Positions 10,878-18,565 of a stretch of DNA of 64,000 nucleotides are shown here, piece after piece. Both the position numbers and the translations under genes were made by a program. The DNA is from a candidate division FCPU426 bacterium. Lineage in GTDB: Bacteria > Oederibacteriota > PGYV01 > Palsa-1178. The notes below the pieces were generated by a model. That model did not search any database, was not told the DNA's origin, and was given only the letters and a program-made list of their open reading frames with translations. The stretch is from positions 46,675-110,674 of the forward strand of contig CAWIXE010000001.1 of assembly GCA_963840035.1 (NCBI GenBank), read 5' to 3'. Position 1 is the first letter of the stretch; the number at the start of each line of letters is the position of its first letter.

Positions 10878-11621
10878 CTACTTCTTCCGCCCGTAATGAC
10901 CGTAAAGCATCTCTTCGTATTCGATGCTTATGGCCTTGTAAGGGTCGTATGCCGGGCTGTTTTTTATCTTTTCCCTGGAAAGGTCCACGGTCACTTCAGA
11001 ACCGGCCCAGTCGATCTCCTTGAGCCATTTTACCGCCACCAGCACACTGCCGCCCGGCAGCCAGTTTTTGGTGTCTGCCACCATATACACGATGTGCCAG
11101 TTCTCATCGTCAAAAATAAGGTCTTCAACATGCCCGATATGCCCGTCAACCGCGTTTATCCTGTACCGGGATACCTCGTTAAAGCTGCGCAGGTGCGTAT
11201 CGCCCTGCTTGACTTTCCTGTCATGCGGGAGTGTTTCTTTAAACGGGTCCGGCCCCGGCACGGGAACAGGAACCCCCGGGAACCCGGGCAGCTGTTGCCA
11301 GTATATGGGCCAGTTGAAATAGGAATTTATTTCCGTTTCCTTCTGCCTTGAAACAGGCTTATGTATGTCAACATCCGGGGAATTTTTTACCTTATCCCTG
11401 CTCATATTCACCGGGAATTCATTGCTCCCCCAGTCAGGTTTTCCTGAAAACGCTGACGGCGATATCAGCACGCTTTTGCCCTGCAGCCAGCTGCCAATGT
11501 CCGTAACCATGTACCTGACAGCCCATCTTTCATCGTCAAAATAGAAATCCCCCACCTTTCCTATATCCCCGTCTTTTGCCTTTACCGAGTACCCGATAAT
11601 TTCCTTTATGCTTCTTAACAT
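10878..11621 (-). CDS. PRC-barrel domain protein (two barrels)
   Basis: DGDIGKVGDFYFDDERWAVRYMV and a second copy DGHIGHVEDLIFDDENWHIVYMV; likely start MLRSIKE. Confidence 0.9.
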   Translation of the reverse strand: MLRSIKEIIGYSVKAKDGDIGKVGDFYFDDERWAVRYMVTDIGSWLQGKSVLISPSAFSGKPDWGSNEFPVNMSRDKVKNSPDVDIHKPVSRQKETEINSYFNWPIYWQQLPGFPGVPVPVPGPDPFKETLPHDRKVKQGDTHLRSFNEVSRYRINAVDGHIGHVEDLIFDDENWHIVYMVADTKNWLPGGSVLVAVKWLKEIDWAGSEVTVDLSREKIKNSPAYDPYKAISIEYEEMLYGHYGRKK

Positions 11622-11763
11622 GGTGGCCCCCTCATAATATTTAAAGTGTAAAAATACAGACAGTAATGGCACGCATAAAATTCGCAGGATTTTTAGGTAA
11701 TATATGTTAACTCAAAGGTGGTATATATATAACTTGGAAACATCCGTATTTGCATCCATATAT

Positions 11764-11792
11764 AGTATAGACTCGTGAAACTCGTTTGTCAA
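11764..11792 (-). promoter_or_regulatory. sigma70-type promoter upstream of the PRC-barrel gene
   Basis: TTGACA-N17-TATACT on the minus strand. Confidence 0.6.
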
Positions 11793-11809
11793 GGATTGCC
11801 TGTTTTTTG

Positions 11810-12814
11810 TTATATCTGCCCTGTCAGTTTCTGCACAATAATGCTCGTGACAGCCACGGCGATCCATGTAATAAGCCCCAGGAGCATGGGCTTAAAACCG
11901 GTCTGTGCCATTTTTTTGAAGTCGGAATGGAGCCCTATGGCGGAAAGCGCGAGCACTATCATGAACTTCCCTGATTCAACAAAAAATTTTGAAACTTCCG
12001 GGTTTATTATCCCGAACGTATTGAGCATTGACGCCGCAAGGAACCACAGTATGAACCAGGGGAATATTTTTACAAAGCTGTAATGGACGTGTTTTTCGCC
12101 GGCATCTTTTTCTTTTTTTATCACGGCATATGCCGCAAAAATCAGGGATATCGGAATTATCATCGTGGTGCGCGTTAGTTTCACTATGGTGGCGTAAGCG
12201 CCCGCCTCATTTCCGTAGCTGTAGGCCGCAGCGACAACCGATGAGGTGTCGTTAATGGCGGTCCCCGCCCACAAACCGAAACCGTGCTGGGTCATGGACA
12301 TAAGGTGCCCTAACGCCGGAAAAACAATCACGGCAATCACATTGAACATGAATACCGTCGAAATCGCGTAGGCTATGTCCTTGTCTTCAGCTTCTATTAT
12401 GGGTGATATGGCCGCGATGGCCGACCCTCCACAGATGGCAGTGCCCATGCCTATCAGGCTTGTCAGTTTGAACGGGACTTTCAGGAGTTTCCCGAAAAGG
12501 TATGCTGTTATGAATGCGGCTGACAGGGTGAAAATCATAAGATAAAAAGAGGAAATGCCGGTGACATAAACCTGCTTTAAACTCAATCCTGCGCCCAGGG
12601 ATATAATAGCCCACTGAAGTATCTTTTTTGAAGTAAATTGTATTCCGCGCGCCGTGCCGTCCGGCCTTCCTATGGTATTGCCAAAAAGGATCCCGAGCAA
12701 AATCCCGAATACCGGACCGCCGACTATAGGGACAAGATTCCCGAGCAAAACCGCGGCCAGCGCGATGACAAGCGAAAGGAGTATACCTTTTGAATTTTCC
12801 CTGATCCAGGCCAT
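11810..12814 (-). CDS. YeiH family putative sulfate exporter
   Basis: GTAICGGSAIAA, GLWAGTAINDTSSV, IVKLTRT. Confidence 0.92.
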   Translation of the reverse strand: MAWIRENSKGILLSLVIALAAVLLGNLVPIVGGPVFGILLGILFGNTIGRPDGTARGIQFTSKKILQWAIISLGAGLSLKQVYVTGISSFYLMIFTLSAAFITAYLFGKLLKVPFKLTSLIGMGTAICGGSAIAAISPIIEAEDKDIAYAISTVFMFNVIAVIVFPALGHLMSMTQHGFGLWAGTAINDTSSVVAAAYSYGNEAGAYATIVKLTRTTMIIPISLIFAAYAVIKKEKDAGEKHVHYSFVKIFPWFILWFLAASMLNTFGIINPEVSKFFVESGKFMIVLALSAIGLHSDFKKMAQTGFKPMLLGLITWIAVAVTSIIVQKLTGQI

Positions 12815-13425
12815 TATTTTCCTCTTTCAGCCAGCATTAAGAATATTGGATACTCTTTATTGTCCCTTTTAACCTTATAGGCTGTTGAAAACCTTATTTT
12901 ATCAAATCCGGCATTTTTAAAAATTACCGCGAGTTTATCCCTGTCAAATCCGCTGTGTTTTACGCCCATTGAGTTGGATTTTGCGTGGAATGTGCCGTCC
13001 TCTTTTTCCAGGTCTGCAATGGCGGCCTGTCCGCCCGGCTTTAGCATTCTATAAATAACGCCTGCAAATTTTTCCGTATCCTCCACATGGTGCATGGACA
13101 TGGAACTTACAATAACATCCACGGGACTGACCGCGTTTTTGTCATTTTCTATATCATAAAACACCGCGTCTGCATTTTTAATTTCCCCGTGGGATATTTT
13201 TTCCTTAAGTTCATCTATCATGCCCTGTGAACTGTCCAGCCCTGTTATGCTCTTTACTTTTTTCGCTATCTCAAGCGTTATAAGCCCGGTGCCCGCCCCG
13301 ATATCTATGGCCGTCATTTTTTTATCAAGTTTTAAACCTGCAAGCATGCAAAGCAGGATGTTATTAGCCAGCTTTACCCTGTCAGGTTTATCCCATTCTT
13401 TTGCCCTATTGTCAAACGTGCTCAT
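12814..13425 (-). CDS. Class I SAM-dependent methyltransferase
   Basis: FDNRAKEWD, IDIGAGTG, SMSMHHVED, DLEKEDGTFH. Confidence 0.9.
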   Translation of the reverse strand: MSTFDNRAKEWDKPDRVKLANNILLCMLAGLKLDKKMTAIDIGAGTGLITLEIAKKVKSITGLDSSQGMIDELKEKISHGEIKNADAVFYDIENDKNAVSPVDVIVSSMSMHHVEDTEKFAGVIYRMLKPGGQAAIADLEKEDGTFHAKSNSMGVKHSGFDRDKLAVIFKNAGFDKIRFSTAYKVKRDNKEYPIFLMLAERGK

Positions 13426-13753
13426 GACTCCCCCTTTTTTTCAGCGAAAGCCCGTTTCTTCCGAATACCACAGGGCCGTCGCATGTTATCACTATCGCCT
13501 TGCCGTGGATCAGGCAGTCAGCCACCTTTTTCCTGCCCTGTTCCAGTATCCTTCCGAATGTCTGCCTGGAAACACCCATTTTTTTTGCTGCGTGTTCATG
13601 GTAGTCCCCGCCGTAATCAGCCAGCCTAATGGCTTCAAATTCGTCGGCTTTCAGTTTTATTTTTTCAATATCACAGGACGGTATGCCGGCAGGCTTAAAA
13701 TAATATTCATTGGCTTTCCTGCATACGCACCTTTTTTTTAACGGCCTTGCCAT
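13412..13753 (-). CDS. DUF134 family DNA-binding protein
   Basis: MARPLKKR, YFKPAGIP, EFEAIRLAD, AAKKMGVSRQTF. Confidence 0.92.
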   Translation of the reverse strand: MARPLKKRCVCRKANEYYFKPAGIPSCDIEKIKLKADEFEAIRLADYGGDYHEHAAKKMGVSRQTFGRILEQGRKKVADCLIHGKAIVITCDGPVVFGRNGLSLKKRGSHEHV

Positions 13754-13765
13754 AAACCACCCCTT

Positions 13766-14161
13766 TTATTTATTCTTACCGCATTTGCACTCATGGCCTT
13801 CGCCGTGTGTGTGCCCTTCTTCATGCCCTCCGTGCCCGCCGCAGCATTCTCCTGCGGATTCAAGTTTTCCGGAAATAAAAAGCTTTAACGCCTCATTAAC
13901 CCCGCACTTGATCCCGCTGATGATCTTTATTCCTGCCGCTTCGAGTGCGCTTACGGCTCCCTGTCCGATGCCGCCTGTTATCAGCACGTCAGCGCCTGCC
14001 GAAAGCAAAAATCCGGCCAGCGCGTCGTGGCCCTGTGCTGACCTCTCAATATCCTGCTTACTGATTACCTTACTGCCGTCTATTTCCGCCACACAAAACA
14101 CAGGCGTCCTTCCAAAATGCTGCGATACGTTTGTTCCTTCAACTGCGATAACAACCTTCAT
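13766..14161 (-). CDS. NifB/NifX family Fe-Mo cluster-binding protein with His/Cys tail
   Basis: VSQHFGRT, LITGGIGQGA, tail CCGGHGGHEEGHTHGEGHECKC. Confidence 0.9.
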   Translation of the reverse strand: MKVVIAVEGTNVSQHFGRTPVFCVAEIDGSKVISKQDIERSAQGHDALAGFLLSAGADVLITGGIGQGAVSALEAAGIKIISGIKCGVNEALKLFISGKLESAGECCGGHGGHEEGHTHGEGHECKCGKNK

Positions 14162-14177
14162 TTGAGCCTCCGAATTT

Positions 14178-14537
14178 TTATTTTGCGAATAAATATTTTA
14201 ACGAAATAAGAAGCAACACAACCCCGAAAACCTTCTGCAGCAAAACCGCATTCATGGGTATTGCAAATTTTGTCCCTATCAGCGAGCCTATTATAAAAGC
14301 GGCCGCTATAATGACAGCGGCTTTTATATCAACAAATCCGGCTTTATAATAAGCGTATGCCGCAAAAAAACCTATGGGCGGCACGAGCAGCGCCAGGGTT
14401 GTCCCCTGTGCCGAATGCTGGCTGAAACCGAACAGATAAACAAGGGCGGGAATTATTATAATACCTCCCCCGATGCCCATAAAACCGCTTAAAACACCTG
14501 CCGCTATCCCGAGAAATGCCAATCCCATTACCTGCAT
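14178..14537 (-). CDS. Sulfite exporter TauE/SafE family (half-size)
   Basis: SGFMGIGGGIIIIPAL, QHSAQGTTL; 119 aa. Confidence 0.88.
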   Translation of the reverse strand: MQVMGLAFLGIAAGVLSGFMGIGGGIIIIPALVYLFGFSQHSAQGTTLALLVPPIGFFAAYAYYKAGFVDIKAAVIIAAAFIIGSLIGTKFAIPMNAVLLQKVFGVVLLLISLKYLFAK

Positions 14538-14604
14538 ATTCCCTCCTTTTTGCCTGAGCGTATTAAAAAAGCATAAAACCGGCGATATTTTTTAATAAAG
14601 CCCA

Positions 14605-14646
14605 TAAAAGGCTATAGCCGCGCAATCACGCGGCTATAGCCTTTTA
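14605..14646 (-). terminator. Intergenic hairpin, probable terminator/attenuator
   Basis: ATAAAAGGCTATAGCCGCG-CAAT..-CGCGGCTATAGCCTTTTAT. Confidence 0.55.
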
Positions 14647-14649
14647 TGT

Positions 14650-14850
14650 TTATTTTTTCCCTTTATTTGTTGATATTCCGAACGGCATGTACAACAGGCA
14701 AAAGCCTGTCGCTCCCGTAAAAAGAGCGATGCCTCCCAGCACCCATAGCACTATGGCTACTGTGCCCTGCGTAAAAAATCCTCCGGCCACGAGCCCTGCG
14801 CCGATTATGAGCCTTATAATCCTGTCAATTTTTCCTTCATTTGCTTTCAT
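14650..14850 (-). CDS. DUF2892 (YgaP-like) small membrane protein
   Basis: NEGKIDRIIR...TGATGFCLLYMPFGIST; likely start MKANEG. Confidence 0.9.
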   Translation of the reverse strand: MKANEGKIDRIIRLIIGAGLVAGGFFTQGTVAIVLWVLGGIALFTGATGFCLLYMPFGISTNKGKK

Positions 14851-14896
14851 GTATAACACCTCCTCCCCGATAATGCTTATATTCCGCACCGTATAG

Positions 14897-14941
14897 TTAT
14901 GAGCATATGCCAATAATACCCCCGGAATTCCGTTTTGTCAA
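14897..14941 (-). promoter_or_regulatory. Promoter with a palindromic operator upstream of the DUF2892-TauE-NifX-DUF134 genes
   Basis: TTGACA-N17-TATTAT overlapped by the imperfect palindrome TTATTGGCATATGCTCATAA. Confidence 0.6.
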
Positions 14942-15109
14942 CTACTTTTCATTTATTATTTCAAGCATCCTGAGCTCGCGCGGCGCGCGAAAGAAGCCGG
15001 GATACCGGATGCATTCATGACCGGCCTCGCGAAGCGCTATCAGCGCCTTGTATGCGTACCTTTCAGGTTTATGGCTTGCCCCGAGTATGGCTACTTTTTC
15101 TTTTTTCAT
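14942..15109 (-). pseudogene. Truncated CoA-binding (YccU-like) protein
   Basis: Manual translation MKKEKVAILGASHKPERYAYKALIALREAGHE, then unrelated sequence; 55 aa; AGGAG RBS. Confidence 0.65.
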
Positions 15110-15118
15110 CCAATCTCC

Positions 15119-15274
15119 TTATATGCCGGCGCCGGATGTCTTTGACCCGCACTGCAGGCATTCTTCAAAATCTCCCTTTACAAAACCCGCCATGGCGTTT
15201 TCAACAGTCGCATGCCGCGTAAAATAGGTTCTTATCCCGTAACTATCGAGCATTTTAGCTATCCTCGGGATCAT
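15119..15274 (-). pseudogene. Probable C-terminal remnant of a NifB/NifX-family protein
   Basis: Manual translation (G)MIPRIAKMLDSYGIRTYFTRHATVENAMAGFVKGDFEECLQC. Confidence 0.45.
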
Positions 15275-15286
15275 ACCTAATATTGT

Positions 15287-15634
15287 TTATGCAATATGAG
15301 GCTTAATTAATTTTTCAATGTACTGTTTCGGCACTCCGCCGACAAGCCTGTCCACTTCTTTTCCGTTCTTAAATAACGCCAGGGTCGGGATGGACTGGAC
15401 CATGTTTTTCATGGCTGTTTCCTGCGCCGCGTCCACATTCACCTTGCAGACCTTTATCTTACCCGCGTATTCTTCGGCGATTTGTTTTACTGTCGGTCCG
15501 ATTGCCAGACACGGGCCGCACCAGGCTGCCCAGAAATCCACCAGCACCGGCAGTTCGGAATCAACCACTTCTTTCTTAAAATTTGAATCATTAACTTCCA
15601 CTTCCGCGCATGTTTCCTTGTCATTTGTTTTCAT
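15287..15634 (-). CDS. trxA: Thioredoxin
   Basis: VLVDFWAAWCGPC, SIPTL; likely start MKTNDKE. Confidence 0.95.
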   Translation of the reverse strand: MKTNDKETCAEVEVNDSNFKKEVVDSELPVLVDFWAAWCGPCLAIGPTVKQIAEEYAGKIKVCKVNVDAAQETAMKNMVQSIPTLALFKNGKEVDRLVGGVPKQYIEKLIKPHIA

Positions 15635-16085
15635 TGTAATCCTCCTGAAAAGTCTCCGCCGGCCTGTAGCCGGTGTAGTATTTTGCAATCCTGCCTTTTT
15701 TATCTATTACAAAGGTCGTCGGTATTCCCCTGACTCCGCCGTAAGCGTATACCATTTCTTCCGTGGCGATGCCTACCGGATAAGTAACCTTATTTTCCTT
15801 TACAAACTTCGCCACCTTTTTCGGCTCGTCAACAGCCGCGCCTATGATTACCAGGCCTTCTTCTTTATGTTTGTTATACAGGGCGACAAAATCCGGTATC
15901 TCAGCCTTGCACGGCGGGCACCAGGTGGCCCAGAAATCAAGGATAACAACCTTTCCTTTATAATCTGAAAGGGAGATAACGCTTCCGTCGAGCGCCTTCA
16001 TCTTAAAATCAGGCGCTGCCTGGCTGCCTGAACCTGAAACAAATATCCCGGCCGCGATGGCCAGCATTACAAGTATTTTTTTCAT
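15621..16085 (-). CDS. TlpA/ResA family exported thiol-disulfide oxidoreductase
   Basis: Signal peptide, DFWATWCPPCKAEIP, GIPTTFVID. Confidence 0.93.
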   Translation of the reverse strand: MKKILVMLAIAAGIFVSGSGSQAAPDFKMKALDGSVISLSDYKGKVVILDFWATWCPPCKAEIPDFVALYNKHKEEGLVIIGAAVDEPKKVAKFVKENKVTYPVGIATEEMVYAYGGVRGIPTTFVIDKKGRIAKYYTGYRPAETFQEDYNENK

Positions 16086-16095
16086 AAACCCTCCT

Positions 16096-16320
16096 TTAAA
16101 ACCCGAACATTTTCGCGAATGAAGGTGTCTGCCTGTTGACCTTTATGGCGCCAACCTTGCATACCCTCATGCATCCCGCGAGCCGGTCACAGGCTTTATC
16201 ATTTGAAACCTTTGCTGTCTTTGTAGTTTTATCAATGTACAATATCTGAGCCGGGCACATTTTAACGCACGCACCGCATCCGGTGCACAACTGCTGGTCT
16301 ATTTCCACTAATTTTTCCAT
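16096..16320 (-). CDS. 2x[4Fe-4S] ferredoxin
   Basis: CTGCGACVKMCP and CDRLAGCMRVC. Confidence 0.9.
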   Translation of the reverse strand: MEKLVEIDQQLCTGCGACVKMCPAQILYIDKTTKTAKVSNDKACDRLAGCMRVCKVGAIKVNRQTPSFAKMFGF

Positions 16321-16529
16321 TACTTTACATCCTCCTTTTTTACAGGGGCTTTAACCGCGCACGCGTTGAATGGGCATGAATTTGATAACGCGGTAAAAAG
16401 CAGTCCCCCGCCGAATCCAAACAGCACCATTGAAAATCCGCCTTTAATCATAAAACCCGCTGCAAACAAAGACGCCCCGAGTACTGCCCTTATATACCTG
16501 TCAAATCTCCAGCCCTTAAAATAATCCAT
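16320..16529 (-). CDS. DUF2892-like small membrane protein
   Basis: DRYIRAVLG...TALSNSCP..AC; likely start MDYFKG. Confidence 0.75.
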   Translation of the reverse strand: MDYFKGWRFDRYIRAVLGASLFAAGFMIKGGFSMVLFGFGGGLLFTALSNSCPFNACAVKAPVKKEDVK

Positions 16530-16542
16530 GTTTTTTCTCCCT

Positions 16543-16827
16543 TTATGCCATGCAATGGCAGTTAACATTTTCACTTCTGACTATGAAGCCACCCAAATCA
16601 AAATCCACCTCAGCCGCTGAAATATCCGGGAATGAAAAAGGTTCCGTGAAGATCTTTACTTTACCTTCATAAACCAGCATGTCGCCCTTCTTTTTACCGG
16701 ATGGTTCAAAAGACACGGTGTCGCTGCAGCAGCTTCTGTATACGGTAATCCTTACAGAATCCTTTGTTTTATTTCCTTTTTTTGATAGCTTTAAAAGTTC
16801 AGCAATTGCCTTATCAGTTACTTTCAT
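16543..16827 (-). CDS. HesB/IscA-like Fe-S carrier protein
   Basis: MKVTDKA, RITVYRSCC, VDF..GF, C-terminal CHC. Confidence 0.7.
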   Translation of the reverse strand: MKVTDKAIAELLKLSKKGNKTKDSVRITVYRSCCSDTVSFEPSGKKKGDMLVYEGKVKIFTEPFSFPDISAAEVDFDLGGFIVRSENVNCHCMA

Positions 16828-16828
16828 C

Positions 16829-17170
16829 CTATTTCCCCTTTCTTTTTACTATCATTTCCAGGTTTTTTCTGTCCTTTGTTATCAGTTCCTCATCGTGAAG
16901 CCATTTTTTTATCACTTTGAGCACATCCCCGCAGCACTGCTCGGCTGTCTGCCCGTTTATGGAGTAATATATCCATTTTTTATCCCGCCTGTCCGTTACC
17001 AGGCCGCACTCCTTAAGAATGTTAAGGTTGCGCGAAGCGCGCGTCTGGGATATTCCCATGGCTTTCATCAGGTCGCAAACGCACACTTCCCCGCCGGTTT
17101 CCAGGAGCTTAATCATCCTGATGCGCGTTTCGTCGCTTAGGGCGCTGAAGACTTTTACTGCTTTTTTCAT
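16829..17170 (-). CDS. ArsR/SmtB family repressor
   Basis: FSALSDETRIRMI, EVCVCDL, SQTRASRNL, WIYYSI. Confidence 0.95.
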   Translation of the reverse strand: MKKAVKVFSALSDETRIRMIKLLETGGEVCVCDLMKAMGISQTRASRNLNILKECGLVTDRRDKKWIYYSINGQTAEQCCGDVLKVIKKWLHDEELITKDRKNLEMIVKRKGK

Positions 17171-17189
17171 GTGAACCTCCGGTTCGTTT

Positions 17190-17272
17190 GAGTTTCAGAG
17201 ACAAGAGACTGGAGACTGGAGTAAACCTTTATGTTCTCCTGCTTTACTCTTGTCTCCAATCTCCTGTCTGCC
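17190..17272. repeat. Heptamer-periodic hairpin (GAGACAG/CTGTCTC family)
   Basis: GAGACAAGAGACTGGAGACTGGAG...CTCTTGTCTCCAATCTCCTGTCT; related copies near 33840, 35035, 45030. Confidence 0.75.
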
Positions 17273-17289
17273 TTCAACTCTTTCTTTTC

Positions 17290-17341
17290 ATATGCACATA
17301 TCCGCATATATAAATATATCAGAACCCGGTCTTATTGTCAA
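17290..17341 (-). promoter_or_regulatory. Promoter with an inverted-repeat operator upstream of the ArsR gene
   Basis: TTGACA-N17-TATATT followed by ATATGC-N8-GCATAT. Confidence 0.55.
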
Positions 17342-17508
17342 GGTGATTTGATAGAAATTTACAGGAAGCTTTGCCTAAAAGTTCTATTACATGATATGGG
17401 TACCCATGCAAAAAACACGTAATTAGTTCCAATAATTATCTGACTAATTATTTGAACTTTTGAATAAATCTGGGCCTGACGCTTTTGTCATTTCTCCCAC
17501 TTGTTGAA

Positions 17509-18411
17509 TTATCTTTTTGATTTTTCAAGACTCGTAATATAAATACACCTATATTCCGAACCTGGTTTATTATTGTTTTGTTGACCGTTTTTCTTATAAA
17601 AATAGCATATGATTTTTTGATAATTATCATCCTCTCTGGCAACTTTCAATATAACTGATAAATCATTTTTATTTTTCCATTTTCCTTCATACTCCATATC
17701 TCCTCCCTGTATGTTTACTAAATATTTACCATCTGTTATAAATGTGTCTATACTAGTGTAAGCTTGGTTGATATAATATGCGTTGAAAACATCAAACTTC
17801 CACTCTTTTTTAATTTTATTATACCCTTCCAATTCTAATATTTTCCCGACATATGCGTCTCTGTTTTCATATAATTCTTTTAATGTAACATTAAATGTTT
17901 TTACACTGCATTCATCTCCTTTATAATCCCGCTTGTCCTTACCCGTCACTTTTATGTTAATTCCGCATTCATTCTCTTTTCCTGTGAATAATTCCTTTAA
18001 TAATTCTTCATTTGTTTTTTTATACAAATATTTTATATTGATATAGTATTCCTTGCCGCTTTTTAAACCTGTAATAGACAAACAATTATTTTGTGTAAAA
18101 ATTGTCTTTATGATTTTTTCACTTATTAAATCATTAACTACACCTGTTGCTTTATCGCCGATGTTTTTTTCATAAATATTCACCATATATCCTAATTCTT
18201 TTATTGAATCTACGGTAACATTGATATTTGATAAATCTTCTGCGGACATGTCAGCTAATTTGTCCCACGATAAAAGTACAACATTCTTAAATAAATTTGC
18301 CGTGATATGTTTTTTTATACTGCCTTTTTCCGTTTGTTCCGAAATACCACAATACAAAATTTGAGAAAATAGGATAAGCAAAAAAATAATTGTAAATGTT
18401 GTTTTTTTCAT
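17509..18411 (-). CDS. Hypothetical exported protein, AT-rich
   Basis: 300 aa ORF with signal peptide; visibly lower GC than flanks. Confidence 0.75.
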   Translation of the reverse strand: MKKTTFTIIFLLILFSQILYCGISEQTEKGSIKKHITANLFKNVVLLSWDKLADMSAEDLSNINVTVDSIKELGYMVNIYEKNIGDKATGVVNDLISEKIIKTIFTQNNCLSITGLKSGKEYYINIKYLYKKTNEELLKELFTGKENECGINIKVTGKDKRDYKGDECSVKTFNVTLKELYENRDAYVGKILELEGYNKIKKEWKFDVFNAYYINQAYTSIDTFITDGKYLVNIQGGDMEYEGKWKNKNDLSVILKVAREDDNYQKIICYFYKKNGQQNNNKPGSEYRCIYITSLEKSKR

Positions 18412-18565
18412 TTGAGCTCCATATAAGAAAAAGGTGTCAGACTTGGCTTTTAAATTTTATAATTTTTCTTAGTTTTCTTAAGTATCAGACTGATTTCCTT
18501 CTGCATCTTTTAATCTTATTTTTCCTGTCTCCAGTCTCCTGTCTGCTCTTACCTCATACTTATTA

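Noticed and set aside
13766-14161. Nitrogen fixation gene
   Set aside because: The NifB/NifX domain is widespread outside diazotrophs; no nifHDK here
16543-16827. HesB-like selenoprotein
   Set aside because: The motif is encoded as Cys-Cys with no in-frame TGA
17401-17430. Additional GGAACT ECF promoters near 17430 and 56743
   Set aside because: No matching TCT-G(T/A)C element at 17-nt spacing
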